Shown here: positions 25,615-37,800 of the stretch, one piece after another | Position numbering within the stretch: the first letter of the stretch is position 1 | Layout of the letters: every line of letters starts with the position of its first letter | Source: Oopsacas minuta | Taxonomy: Eukaryota; Animalia; Porifera | Length of the DNA: 64,000 nt | Direction of reading: 5' to 3' | Assembly: GCA_024704765.1 (NCBI GenBank) | Contig: JAKMXF010000308.1 | Span: 186,001 to 250,000, forward strand | Notes under the pieces: model-generated | Databases searched by the model: none | What the model saw: only the letters and a program-made list of their open reading frames with translations | Told to the model about the DNA's origin: nothing | Translations under genes and position numbers: made by a program

Positions 25615-26274
25615 AACAATAGAAATACGGCATGAATTCTTATTCTTCAATCCTCACTATCACTAATTAGCCCTATTTATCTTTCATATATATTCCTAGA
25701 TATATACTTGTTCTAAGCGTCAAGGTGGCCCATGCGAGTTGTTTGCTTGCGCTGCTTTGCTTCAGAAAACTTTGGATTCGGGTAGACCTCGGCACTACGG
25801 AGGCACGGCGGCCCCCTGGCCCGCCCGTACATTGCTGCCAAGTAAGTTCATGAAAATTCCTCGAGATTAAGTGTAAATTTACGGAGATTGATATTTTTTC
25901 AGCACTGCCCCTGTCATATAATATTTTATCCCCCGAATATTGTCCCCAAATGAAGTTTTGCAATTTCGTTGGGATTCCTTGTAGTTCTAATTATAAATAG
26001 AGTACAATATAGATGAGTCTAACAAAAATTACCACTGTTATCAATTTGAAATAAAATAGTGGTTTTGAAATTTTGGTGAAATCATGATCTAACCCCCGAA
26101 AATCAATATTTTGTGACGTCCTAACTTAGTAACCACATGAGTAAATTATTTGAAATTTGACCATACATGTTGACTGGTTATTACTAACTTATACCGACAC
26201 CCTAGCCACTTCCGAAGAGTCTGTAGACTCTGTATTTTGTTATATTTTAGTTCAAACTAACTCTAATGAACAAA

Positions 26275-26615
26275 TGGCAACCAATGAATCAAGGAATGTA
26301 GAATCTTTGCTGAAGTGAAAGAGAATGGTAGCTGAATCTGGACTACTCTCCCAAGAAGCAGCCTATCATAGCTATCTGGAAGGATTGGAGAGCTAACAAC
26401 GAACTATACTTGCTATAGGTATAGCTTTTTATATGAACCTAATCAGCTCCTATACATAGTGCATAGCTGAAACTGGAAACTGTCGTATACAACTTGTTAC
26501 ATTTGAGGGACACTTCATCACTTATTTCGGACAAGACATACTCAAGGGTTCCTGGTATATGACAGTAGCATGAGATCACATCGTCGTTGCGGACGTTAAT
26601 GCCAGGTCTTGCCAA
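26275..26615 (+). pseudogene. NHL-repeat gene remnant (N-terminal blades)
   Basis: NCRIQLVTFEGHFITYFGQDILKGSWYMTVA*DHIVVAD at about 26478-26600, with stops and shifts upstream. Confidence 0.6.
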
Positions 26616-26789
26616 AACTAAGAGTTTATCCCAAGCTTCTAAGGTTCATGTTGTTCATGCCATGTTAATGCCAACACTAAAAGCTTGTGCCACACGTCCA
26701 AAGTTCATGCTCAAGGAAAATCTACGATATTTACTAATGATATGGCAAGTGACACACTGAAACTGAATTATAGTTCCAGATGAGAAATA

Positions 26790-27100
26790 CAAAATTAATA
26801 TAAAGCATCATATATCCCTCAGGTCTCTCTCCTCTCCTCCCTATGGTATGGATTAGTTCTCCTGAGGGAGATAACATCTTGATAGCGCAATGGTAATAAT
26901 CGCTGATTAAAATATTCCCAGGTGGATCCAAACAGAAGTACCATAGATTACGAACTGCACAATACTTTTACATATAAGGAGACCTTAGCAAGCAAGGACA
27001 CAAACAATTTAGTAATTGAAGTTTTCCTGAGTAAGCTCACCCTCATGATGCTCTTGTACCAGTCATCGTTAGCTTGAAATCACTGAATTGAAACAAAGCA
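26790..27100 (-). pseudogene. NHL-repeat gene remnant (C-terminal blades)
   Basis: FCLDPPGNILISDYYHCAIKMLSPSGELIHTIGRRGE matches late NHL blades; decayed upstream. Confidence 0.65.
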
Positions 27101-27616
27101 TGTAAATTAACCAGCATTAACATGGAATGAACTCTGGCAAGATATTGGTATTAACATTTTAAATACTTACCGAAAATTATATTTATATTAGTTGTTTTTA
27201 TATATTTTGTGTAATCAATCTCACATTCGATATCTAGAAAATATTTCCAGGTCTATAAGACGTCATGTCATTGCTTAGTTGCGAGCATATCGAGTGAGAA
27301 AACACATTTCTGGTGTCCAGGGATTGATGTGACAAAATAGTTGGTGGGTATGAGATTCTCGGAAATGATGTACCTAAATTAACTTAATTTCTGTATAATT
27401 TCCGCAAGCCCGCAATATTTATGATATCCATTACAATTTAAATTTTTTTGCTTAGATAATGGTATTCTTTTTCCTCAACCATAGTGTATGGTAATACATA
27501 CCACAAATATGTATTGAACTGTGAACTTTTGACCTTTTTATGACTAATCAGCTGACACTTAACCACACTTAGCTATTTCTTGTTTTTGGTATTCTAATCT
27601 CAAAATCTGAAACAAT

Positions 27617-29083
27617 ATGAATCTAAATTCCTTCAAACTCTCTGAACAAATGTTGGCATTACCTCCTACAGAAGTATTTGATTTGTTGGAACAGATCGGA
27701 GAGGGTGCATATGGAGCTGTACACAGAGCTATGCACAAGGAGACAGGTAACATATTAGCGATCAAACAGGTCAGTATGGACACAGACCTTCAGGACATTA
27801 TAAAGGAAATTACTATGATGCAGAACTGTGATTGTCCGCAAGTTGTGAAGTATTACGGATCATATTTCAAGAAGCCAGAACTGTGGATCATAATGGAGTA
27901 CTGTGGAGGTGGTTCAGTTTCTGACGTCATGAGACTTAGACAGAAACCAATGACTGAGTCTCAGATCTCAACAATATTCCACGAAACATTAGCTGGGCTT
28001 GAGTATCTACATCTCTGTCGTAAGATACATCGTGACGTGAAGGCTGGTAATATCCTCTTGACAGACAGAGGCGAAGCTAAGCTGGCAGACTTCGGCGTTG
28101 CGGGTCAGCTGACTGATACTCTTAACAAGCGGAATACCATGATAGGAACTCCTTTCTGGATGGCGCCTGAAGTTATCCAAGAGATTGGATACGACTGTCT
28201 AGCTGATGTCTGGTCGGTGGGAATAACAGCTATAGAGATGGCAGAAGGAAAACCTCCTTATGCAGACATTCATCCTATGCGAGCTATATTCATGATTCCA
28301 GCCAAGCCGCCCCCACAGCTTAAAGACCCAGATCGCTGGAGCAAAGATTTTAACGACTTCATAAGCAAATGCTTAGTAAAGGATACGGAGCATCGTGAGA
28401 CCGCCACCGCCCTTATGAAGCACAAATTCGTTTCTACTGCCCAGAAGACCGACACACTAATTGATATTATTAAAGAAGCACAGATAATTAGACAAAAAAG
28501 TCTGGACTTGAATGAGTCATATGAAGAAGACATAAACTCACTCACAGACACAGAAGAAACACCAAAGACAGGAAGCACTATAATAACAGATTCCTATTTG
28601 ACAGGAGGGGAAAACTCATTTTCTACATTCAAAAGCAACACACTCATGTCTGCTGACACAGGGACTCTTGTTATTAATGATGATTCAATGGTTATCAATG
28701 AGGACAGCGGTACTATGATGGTAAACTCAGACCAAACTCCAACCAAGCCTTACAGGGCTCCATTTCTTGATTATATGGACTCAACTCCTCCACATGAGCT
28801 CGCTAATGTCTTGAACTCTAGCCTGTCTACTGTAAAGAAATCTTCAGTCAATTCTCCCACACAGAGACCTAGCCTTGTGGTTAAGTTTCCACACCTGCCT
28901 GCAGGTATGGATATGAAGACTTATTTGAGAGGTCTGTCTCTCCGAGAGCTACATGAGAAGCTTGGAAACCTGGATTTTCTTATGGATAATGAACTCAAAA
29001 CTTTAAGAGAGAGATATCAGATGAAGAAATCTCCCATCCTAGCTGCTATTGACTCCAAAAAGCGCACCAGTACCGCAAGCTAA
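27617..29083 (+). CDS. STK3: Hippo / STK3-STK4 (MST1/2) serine-threonine kinase, 488 aa, intronless
   Basis: GEGAYGAV, IHRDVKAGNILL, DFGVAGQLTDT..KRNTMIGTPFWMAPEVIQEIGYDC, and a C-terminal SARAH domain (LSLRELHEKL...RYQMKKSPILAAIDSKK). Single ortholog of STK3/STK4. Confidence 0.96.
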   Translation: MNLNSFKLSEQMLALPPTEVFDLLEQIGEGAYGAVHRAMHKETGNILAIKQVSMDTDLQDIIKEITMMQNCDCPQVVKYYGSYFKKPELWIIMEYCGGGSVSDVMRLRQKPMTESQISTIFHETLAGLEYLHLCRKIHRDVKAGNILLTDRGEAKLADFGVAGQLTDTLNKRNTMIGTPFWMAPEVIQEIGYDCLADVWSVGITAIEMAEGKPPYADIHPMRAIFMIPAKPPPQLKDPDRWSKDFNDFISKCLVKDTEHRETATALMKHKFVSTAQKTDTLIDIIKEAQIIRQKSLDLNESYEEDINSLTDTEETPKTGSTIITDSYLTGGENSFSTFKSNTLMSADTGTLVINDDSMVINEDSGTMMVNSDQTPTKPYRAPFLDYMDSTPPHELANVLNSSLSTVKKSSVNSPTQRPSLVVKFPHLPAGMDMKTYLRGLSLRELHEKLGNLDFLMDNELKTLRERYQMKKSPILAAIDSKKRTSTAS

Positions 29084-29858
29084 TAGCACCAGTATTTAAT
29101 AGAAGTAATCGTATTAAGGATCTAAAATGCTGTATGAATTTATTTGTAATGACTGTTGGAGATATTTGTGTATTTGTTTACTTGTTTGTGTTTGCTCTTG
29201 TTTTGTATTAGCATCTTAAAATAATATTAATTGCCATTATTTACAAAACATTTCCTGTTTGCTCAAATCTTTCTTCGCAACGTGATGGGATTACGGACAT
29301 TGAAATTAGATAAATGTCTAAATGATTTGTCTTCAAGCTATACTTATTACTTATAGCATTACAATTTGCTTCTTTTGACAGAGATTTAAGATGTTTCATT
29401 AACCCACTTGTGAATGTCACTATCCTCAGTTTCATGAACTATGACTCATGCAAGTCAATCAGAACTTTATTTTGGATTTACAATTGATTTTGCCCTTAGT
29501 ATTGTATTTCTCTTGGTATTGAGCTCTACTTAAATATACAGGTCCCATTTAGCATGTACTGGGTATTGTTCTTCATACTTCTAGGAGTATATATATATAT
29601 ATATATATGCTACTTAAAACTATTGTGATATATATCACAACTTTTGTAAATTCCAGATTTTCACTTGGATTATTTTCAATAAATATAATAGCAGCTGGGA
29701 AAATTATAACTTTTACTGCATACGGTAAATTGTTAGTAGTGTTGAAGTATAATATACATGGAATAAATGCGGTACATATATACTTTATCAGGAGACAGAT
29801 TCTATTAATTTGGTAAATTCTCCGAATTGATTCTAAATACTTATTTTGTTACAGAAGT

Positions 29859-31451
29859 ATGACCTTCCTCAGCAACCCTGTAAGAAAATTCTCACAAGAA
29901 TTCAGATATACATCTTACAATCTCCTAGCTATTTACTCAACTAATTTAATTCGACTTATCCCTGGTTCCCTTATGTGCAGACTATCTTCATCTAGTATCC
30001 ATAGTCGTTCAAACATATTTCAATATTTATCCTCTCATTTCGTTCCTATCTGTACATATTCTCTGAATTCTAAACCACCTGTTAAGTCTCTTTATCTGTT
30101 CTGCAGCGGCTGTGGAGCTAAGTTTCAATCCATAAATTGTAAATTACCAGGATTTATCGAAGATGATACATTTATAAAGTTGAAAGCAAAAGAAGATCAC
30201 TCATTTATTTGCGACAGATGCTATAATTTGAGGAATGAAGAGGTACCTCTTAGCCTCTCACAATCCCATCACAAATTCGCACAAAAAATTGGCTCTATCG
30301 ATCTGTCACGGAGTGTAATACTCCTTGTAGTGGATATCCTATGTTTCCCTGTAGGTGTATATCCATACTGGTATAAACTGATTCCAGATAAAACTCCTGT
30401 AGTAATACTGCTAAACAAAATGGATTTAATTGATAATGGTTTAGCTACAACCGAGAAAGACTGGGAAACTAGGATCAGGGCAAGAGTACTAAAATATTTT
30501 AGCAACGGGCCTCTTAAAAACAGGGAGATAGCCAGAATTGAATATGCCAGCGCTCTCAGAGGCTTGGGGGTACAGAACATAGCTCGTATGATTCTAAATG
30601 TATACGGAGGAAGAAATGTGTACTTATTCGGTTGTACCAATTCAGGAAAATCTACCTTGTTCAATCGACTGCAGAAAAATCTATGGCTGATTGAGTCCTC
30701 GAATCCTACTGCTACCCCTTCTAGCATTTTCAAAAAATCCACGGTATCTAGTTTGCCCGGCACGACCCTGAATAACATCAGTGTTCCTATTCCGATAAAG
30801 AAAGATCTGGAAATGGTAACAGGAACCATAGAGATGCACACAGAAGGAATTACAGAAGAGTACGTACACCCGATCACTGTTGAAGATATCACTAAATTAA
30901 CTAGAATTAGAAGTAAGCTATATGATTCTCCTGGAGTTGATCATGAGCATCAGTTAGTTTCCTTTCTAACTCTGAAAGAACAAAAATATACAGTTCCTCT
31001 AACAATGATTAGAAGACGTCAGTACGATTTCATTCAGGGAGAAACATTGTTGATTGGAGGTTTAGCTAAAGTTGATTTTCTCCACAAAACAAATTCATCT
31101 CGGATACAATTCCACGTATTTTGTTCTCACAAGATTCCTCTCTTTGTCGTCAAACAGAAGAAGCTCGAATCATTTTTAGATAATTATCAAGACAGAGTTT
31201 TAGTAGTGCCTTTTCCCGAGGAAGAGAGAGGCTCGCCTTATCCACAGTTGATAGGAAAAGAATTGACTATAGAAGGAGAACATCTTCCCTTGAGGTGTTT
31301 GGATGTCGTAGTATCTAATTTGGGGTGGCTCAATATTTTCCTATCACGTAATCAAACTTGTACAATCAAAGTCTACACACCTAAAGGTAGAGGGATAGTG
31401 ACGAGAGAGCCTTTATTTTCAAAAGCTTATTTGTTCAAGAGTAATCGTTAA
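29859..31451 (+). CDS. NOA1: Nitric oxide-associated protein 1 (mitochondrial circularly permuted GTPase, YqeH family), 530 aa
   Basis: CSGCG...CDRC zinc motif; G4 NKMD precedes G1 GCTNSGKST, G2 PGTT and G3 DSPG; C-terminal GETLLIGGLAKVD and DVVVSNLGW. Confidence 0.92.
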   Translation: MTFLSNPVRKFSQEFRYTSYNLLAIYSTNLIRLIPGSLMCRLSSSSIHSRSNIFQYLSSHFVPICTYSLNSKPPVKSLYLFCSGCGAKFQSINCKLPGFIEDDTFIKLKAKEDHSFICDRCYNLRNEEVPLSLSQSHHKFAQKIGSIDLSRSVILLVVDILCFPVGVYPYWYKLIPDKTPVVILLNKMDLIDNGLATTEKDWETRIRARVLKYFSNGPLKNREIARIEYASALRGLGVQNIARMILNVYGGRNVYLFGCTNSGKSTLFNRLQKNLWLIESSNPTATPSSIFKKSTVSSLPGTTLNNISVPIPIKKDLEMVTGTIEMHTEGITEEYVHPITVEDITKLTRIRSKLYDSPGVDHEHQLVSFLTLKEQKYTVPLTMIRRRQYDFIQGETLLIGGLAKVDFLHKTNSSRIQFHVFCSHKIPLFVVKQKKLESFLDNYQDRVLVVPFPEEERGSPYPQLIGKELTIEGEHLPLRCLDVVVSNLGWLNIFLSRNQTCTIKVYTPKGRGIVTREPLFSKAYLFKSNR

Positions 31452-34054
31452 TTGTTTTCACTCAGGATATTAAATGTATAAATCATTTGTGAGTGTAATC
31501 ATCAATTCTATTCGTTAAGGTGTACTTCCACATGCAATACACCTGTTGCCAATATGTGCGTAGTTAGGAATTCAGTGCTATTTTTGTCACTTTTATTAGA
31601 TTATTAATTAGTGAATATTCTCCTATTTTATGTGTTAGAGCAAACTATTTGCATAAATTGCTATGGCTATATCCTGCTCTTGTGTTATATAGTCTATAGC
31701 CTCCTCATTCATTGCCACTTGGTTGATAATTGATTTTTTCAATGCATTTATCAATAATTGTATTTCTCACATTTATAGCCTTGCATGCCTTATTACATTA
31801 ATCAGATCTCATTCATATTTATTCAATCACCAGGTAACAGACAATACAAATCTAAATTAGAACCACATTATTTGCAGTCAAGTTTTTATCAAAGTTATTC
31901 TATCTCACCTGCGATGTTACCGATTGCTTCGTAGCCTAGTTAGCTACTCCATTATCAAAATCTGATCATAATTCGTATTTATTTTACTAAGTGGTATATA
32001 ATCATAATTTCTAGAGTACACATTTAAATATATATATTTGTTGTTAATAATTGGAAACAGGTGATACTAATTAAATATTATCAAATGATTTTAGTCATTT
32101 ATGTTAGTGGCGGGATTATGCGAATATTTAATTAACATTCCAGCTATTTGTTATCAAGTTTTATTCTAATTTTTGCTTCTCTCTTTTACTTGAATTATAT
32201 TTCAAATTCGTATTCAATATTTCATTGAATTTATATTTGCCATCTAATGTGGCATACCATGAAAATTGAAGCAAACCCTCGTGTCATAAGGGCTAAATAT
32301 ACACGAAAAATGTATACTTTTGTAAATATGTAAATTGTTAGAAATTCTACCTTCTACGAGTCTGCGAATATTTTAAGATATCTGGTAAAAATGTGAGTGC
32401 TCTCTCTAACACAATTCCTAAGATATTTGACATCAATCGGAAATTCTGCACTATTCCCCCTGTATATGGAATTTTTCCGTCAGAGCCTTATCTTTTTGAA
32501 ATTACGTCATATTTCCTTGCAATCAGTGGCGTAATCAGGGAGGTTTCCACTTGTACTGAAACCCTCCTTCATCTCACTCGGACGTAATTTTTGACATTCC
32601 TTTCATTTCAGCTAATAGAAAATGGTGAAGATTATCTTCTTCGATATTTTCTCAGTATCTTGCCTGGTGCTTACATTAGCTAGAATAAATTCAACATTTT
32701 GCTAGATCTCATAGGCAGAGATTATAAATATGTCTATTTTTTCGATATATTTTATACATTATATAATTCTAAAATTGAAGCTTTTATGTAAAATATTATT
32801 GAACTTTTACGAGCTTGTAAGATGAAATTAAGCTATTTTGAATTTCTACATACAATTCAATAAAGTTATATAACCCAATTCGACTCATTCAATATTCTAA
32901 TAATTTTCTCTATGATTGGCAATCGAAATATTAACATACAGCAAACCCAAGCGCTTAGCAAGGATTATGAATTGGGGGTCCTGAGCGAGCGAAGCGAGCC
33001 AATCAGGAGTCTGGGGGCATTGCCCCTAGCGATTTAAAAAAATCACAATAGCAAAAGCATATGCGCCGTTTAGAACACGCTATGGTTTTGACATCTCTAT
33101 CCACTTATTCTATTAAGAAAAATCTCAAATCACTTCTTTGCAGACTTAAATTTCGCCTAAATAGTTTCAGTTGACTAAATTTCCGTGGATTTCTAATTTT
33201 GCATTGCAATAAAATGAATTTTTCACTATTTTAACAGAAAACTGCGAGAAATATCCAATATTTCCCCAGGATTTGGTAATTTTTCCCTTGGATATCATAT
33301 CAAATCCATCAACACTAAATAATTGACCAATAGGGTTGCAGTCTACATTACACTAGTGCTAATTACCTAAATTACAAATACATACACTTACTTTTGAATG
33401 GCAGTATGTTTTCAATAGAAGATTTTCAGTCTTCAAAGATTGAGGAGTCCTAGGATCTCCTCCTCCCTACGCCCTGAGTAGACCCTCAATTATCCGAACA
33501 GCAGGAAGAACATTCAGTTTGTGAAAATTGTTCTAATTTCATATCAACAGAATCCTTTATTCTACTTTGGTACTTTGGTTTTCGGATGGTGTGATCATTT
33601 TAGGTCCAAATAGTAATAAATATAAAGTCATATATACGAAATTACAAATTTACAATTTCACATTTTCTGAGTTGTGAATTTCATATACGAAAATATACAA
33701 TTTCTTTTCTCCAAACACCAAAATTGATTGTGTATGACGAAGGTGTTCAGATAATCCAGAGTGTACTGCTATATGAATTGTTCAATATTAGTAGTGCATT
33801 TTGGGATGATTTAAGAGCTACAGGAAGGTGGTGAAATTATCATCAATTAATCAATAAATATATCACCATTGACTCACCAAATAAGCCCCTTATGATATAT
33901 TTATTTTCACAAGTAATTTATCATTATACTCACTAGATATTATGATGCTTGCCTGAATTTATTCGAATATTATCTCTAATTTATTCGTTGTTTTGATAAA
34001 ATACTGGTTTAATTACTATCTAGTTATTTCTAAGCTATCTATCAACAATTCACC

Positions 34055-34957
34055 ATGCAGGAAGGCAGGAAAAGAGTCAAGAACAAGAAAAGTATTTTAG
34101 ATAATGTAAATTCAGAACATGTACTCTCATTCTCAACTCCTGTCATAGAGTTATCTCTCAATAAAAATAATTTGTTGTTAGCTAAACAGAATAGTGAATT
34201 GAAAATAAAAGTTGCTCTCTTAGAGGAAAGAATGAATATTATTAAAAATGAACTTATTGAATCCAAATTTGAATGTAATTCTCTCAGTGAAGTCAACAAG
34301 CAATTAGAAATACAAAATAAGAGACTAGAAACGATGGGCCGCTATGGAACTCGTTATTTTGAGAAATTGGGTCGCAGTACGGAATTAATGATAGAAAAGT
34401 TTAAGCGATCTCTAGAATTAGAACACAGTTTCAATTCTTCCCAGCTGAGTTCCACCATAACTCCATCTCTTAGTCTAGACTCAATTGTAAAAAGAGATAA
34501 TAGAGAATTGGCAGTTATCAGTGAAGAGAATTTTGTTCCTAACTCAAATGAAAATACTCCTCAAGTAATAAAGAAGCAATCTCGATCTCGACAGCTATTT
34601 ACACAGAGCAATCCTACTGTTTCCGGTATGCTTAGAGATATCCAGAAGGTCAGTTCATCTGTCAAAAAGAATAAGGAAGCTACATTAGATTCACTAGTTC
34701 TTACGAAAGGTATTAATAGTATTTGCGTATCCTCAAACAATCTGTCTGATTCTAAAACAGATAAAGAGAACCAAGACACACCCGATGTCTTATCTGGAAA
34801 AAGAGTACTCAGAAATGGAATAAGAAAGAATTACGTCATTCTCCCTCAAAATAGAAAGTTACGACAAGGAGATAAGCAATTCATTTCTGTTAAACCAATA
34901 TTAAATAACAATATTAGCTGTACACCTGAGCTACAGATATACGATCTGACGGATTGA
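34055..34957 (+). CDS. SGO1: Shugoshin-like protein, 300 aa
   Basis: N-terminal coiled coil LNKNNLLLAKQNSELKIKVALLEE and a C-terminal basic SGO-like motif KRVLRNGIRKNYVILPQNRKLRQGD, separated by a Ser-rich disordered linker. Confidence 0.65.
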   Translation: MQEGRKRVKNKKSILDNVNSEHVLSFSTPVIELSLNKNNLLLAKQNSELKIKVALLEERMNIIKNELIESKFECNSLSEVNKQLEIQNKRLETMGRYGTRYFEKLGRSTELMIEKFKRSLELEHSFNSSQLSSTITPSLSLDSIVKRDNRELAVISEENFVPNSNENTPQVIKKQSRSRQLFTQSNPTVSGMLRDIQKVSSSVKKNKEATLDSLVLTKGINSICVSSNNLSDSKTDKENQDTPDVLSGKRVLRNGIRKNYVILPQNRKLRQGDKQFISVKPILNNNISCTPELQIYDLTD

Positions 34958-35212
34958 CGGTAATTATAATTATATGAGCTGATGCTCGCCCTGTACTCTG
35001 AATTAGAACCACACACACTTACAAACTATTCATGCCTCAAAGAGATTGCTACTCTCAATTTCTCGAATTTAATCGCATTGAACTTGACTGTATATGTAAT
35101 GTGTATATAATGAATTATTCACGATTCAATCTGTTCCTATTTTAGATATTTGAGGAAATTTATTTGTTTACTATTTAAAGTCAATTATTCCATTATATGT
35201 ACTCTTATAGAT

Positions 35213-37270
35213 ATGTCTACCTCTTTACACGAGTACAGAAAGCTTGCTTCTTTCTGTCCAAAAGAATTAGCGTATTTTATAGAAGGAAAAGATGTGATTG
35301 ACTTAAAAGAAGGTATTTTCAAAACCCTGGAACAGGACCCTCTATTCCATCAATCAGCAGTCAGTATGTCCACAAGAGATCACCAGATTCTTGCCATAAA
35401 ACAATATAAGAGATTCAATGAGTACCATTTCGACAAATACATCCCTTCAGATATTACTTCTACTCTTCCTGTTATTATTGATGAAGTTGTTATTGCTCTG
35501 GACATATCAATAGCAGGTATTAGAGGACTTAATGAACAATTTTTCCCTCAAGTATTGACATTATTTGGTCAAGACAAAGAAGTAATAAAAATCGCTGAGA
35601 GAACCCGAAGTATGGAAGTTATAGGTAGCTTCGCATTGACTGAACTCAGTCATGGGAGTGATGTCAAAAGTATTCGAACAACAGCGACTTATGATCCTAG
35701 TACTCAGGAGTTCGTTATTCACACTCCTGATATAGAGGCTGTCAAGTGCTGGTCAGGACTACTTGGTAGCTTTTCAACACACACCATTGTGATGGCCCAG
35801 CTTTACACACCTGATGGTACTTGTCAGGGTATCCACCCATTTCTGGTGCCGGTACGAGATCCTCTCACTCTCCTGCCATTTCCAGGTGTACTGGTAGGTG
35901 ATATGGGTCTGAAGATTGGACATCAGGGCTATGCTAATGGCTATGCTAGGTTTGACCACTATAGTATACCACATAAGTTCTTGCTTAGCAGGCTAGGGGG
36001 TGTGTCTCTAGCAGGAGAGTACGAATCACCTTTCACTAACTCCACACTTAGGTTCGGAACTATGCTCACAGTACTCTCGGGAGGGAGGGTGCTGATTGCG
36101 TCAGCATCAGTAGTATTCCTATCAAAGTGTTTAGCCATTGCAGTACGTTATTGTGCAGGCCGCAAGCAATTCGGTAGAGAGGAAGGGTCAGAACTCTCTC
36201 TCATAGAGTACCCACAAGTGCAGCAGCGTGTAATCCCCCGTATAGCTGCTATGTATGGTATACTACGTCTAACTCGGGCATTTAAGAAGACATACTTCAG
36301 CTTTCTTGAACGGATGCAGAATGGAGAGATAGGCGGAGCTGATGAAATGCTAGTGATGGAGTTGCATGCAGCTTCTTGCCTAAATAAGGCTTATTCCACT
36401 TCGTTTTCATTTGATACAGCAAATGAATGTCGGCTACTTTGTGGGGGTCATGGATACCTATCATGTAACCAACTAGGTAACCTTCGGAATGATGTAGATC
36501 CCTCCCAGACCTATGAGGGAGATAACCATGTCCTCTCCCAGCAGACTTTCTCCTATCTAATGAGGGTATACGAACTTGCATTAGTCGATGAGGTTCAATC
36601 GTACACAGGAATGATTTCATTCTTGAGTACATTTCTTGCATATAGAGATATGATATGTGACGCTACTAACTTAGAGCACTGGAGAGAACCTCAAAAGGTG
36701 AAGAGAGCATTTACTTGGCTTGTCTGCTACCTATTAGAATCCGCTCACACAGAATATGTAGCCAATAAGAAAAAAACTGGGAATTCATTCTTGGCTAGAG
36801 AGCGCAGTATGGCAGGATTTGGTTCTATTCTTACTGAAGCGCTCTTCCATTTGTGTGTTATCGACAAATTAATTGAGTTAGCATCTCCTCCTTCTCCTTA
36901 TTCGCGGTTATTCACACCCCTCGTTGCTATATATGGCTGTCACAACCTGTTACGTTATAGTGGACATTTGTATGCAGGAGGATACTTTACACAGACTACT
37001 CAAATGCAGGGGATGTCTGGTGCTGTGTTGGAATTGTGTGCTGAAATGAAGGGAGAGATTGTTGGATTGGTCGACACTCTAGCTCCACCGGACTTCATTC
37101 TTAAATCACCCATTGGTCATAGCAACGGTCAGATCTATAAGAATTTATTCAATTCTATGGTAAGTTCAGATAACTCTACTGGTAGAATAGACTGGTGGGA
37201 AGAAATCTTAAACAAGCCCAAGTTAGGTTCAAGACATAGCATCTTTCTGAAAAATATGTCCAAACTGTAG
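35213..37270 (+). CDS. ACOX3: Peroxisomal acyl-CoA oxidase 3, intronless, PTS1 (SKL)
   Basis: [68 protein letters not shown], and the ACOX3-type tail [15 protein letters not shown]. The first ATG is at 35213; the track start at 35150 is a TTG. Confidence 0.93.
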   Translation: MSTSLHEYRKLASFCPKELAYFIEGKDVIDLKEGIFKTLEQDPLFHQSAVSMSTRDHQILAIKQYKRFNEYHFDKYIPSDITSTLPVIIDEVVIALDISIAGIRGLNEQFFPQVLTLFGQDKEVIKIAERTRSMEVIGSFALTELSHGSDVKSIRTTATYDPSTQEFVIHTPDIEAVKCWSGLLGSFSTHTIVMAQLYTPDGTCQGIHPFLVPVRDPLTLLPFPGVLVGDMGLKIGHQGYANGYARFDHYSIPHKFLLSRLGGVSLAGEYESPFTNSTLRFGTMLTVLSGGRVLIASASVVFLSKCLAIAVRYCAGRKQFGREEGSELSLIEYPQVQQRVIPRIAAMYGILRLTRAFKKTYFSFLERMQNGEIGGADEMLVMELHAASCLNKAYSTSFSFDTANECRLLCGGHGYLSCNQLGNLRNDVDPSQTYEGDNHVLSQQTFSYLMRVYELALVDEVQSYTGMISFLSTFLAYRDMICDATNLEHWREPQKVKRAFTWLVCYLLESAHTEYVANKKKTGNSFLARERSMAGFGSILTEALFHLCVIDKLIELASPPSPYSRLFTPLVAIYGCHNLLRYSGHLYAGGYFTQTTQMQGMSGAVLELCAEMKGEIVGLVDTLAPPDFILKSPIGHSNGQIYKNLFNSMVSSDNSTGRIDWWEEILNKPKLGSRHSIFLKNMSKL

Positions 37271-37650
37271 TTTCAATTATTTCCCATAAAATTAATATTT
37301 TTATTGGAAATTGAAATATGATTCGAATATATTTTGTTTTCTAAAATTGACTATAGATTTTCCTTTTAACATTAATTAAATAAATACATCTGAGTAGTTA
37401 GACCAATTACGAATATTAATTTGATACATAGATTACATTAGGCACCTTTTCTGAAGTGAAATATTCATACTTCTTTGGTGATAATCAAATTTCACACTTT
37501 TAACCGATCCGAGTGTAATCCTCAATTTGTATTTCATAGTAATTGTGAGATCAATGAATGCTCAATCATTACTTATTTATTGTACAAGCGATAGTGATTT
37601 TAATCATTCATTTACATAGAATTTCAAACTCTAAAATTGTTCCTCAACAC

Positions 37651-37800
37651 AAATAATATATATATATAGTATTAAATAACAAATAATATATATATATAGT
37701 ATTAAATAACAAATAATATAGATTTATATAGTATTAAATAACAAATAATATAATTTATAGTATTAAATCACAAATAATATATATATATATAGTATTAAAT
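37651..37800. repeat. AT-rich minisatellite, about 30-bp unit x5
   Basis: Unit AAATAATATATATATATAGTATTAAATAAC repeated tandemly with small indels. Confidence 0.9.

Noticed and set aside
32949-33476. hAT MITE with a degraded 8-bp TSD
   Set aside because: The termini match poorly and the TSD is only 6/8; not supportable. The same applies to the ends at 47824 and 48517.
35150-35212. N-terminal extensions of ACOX3 and ALYREF (46796) given in the ORF track
   Set aside because: They begin at TTG, not ATG; this is eukaryotic DNA and the extensions look like intron or outron sequence.
37651-37800. CRISPR-like array (also 60120-60200)
   Set aside because: Head-to-tail repeats without unique spacers, no cas genes, eukaryotic context.
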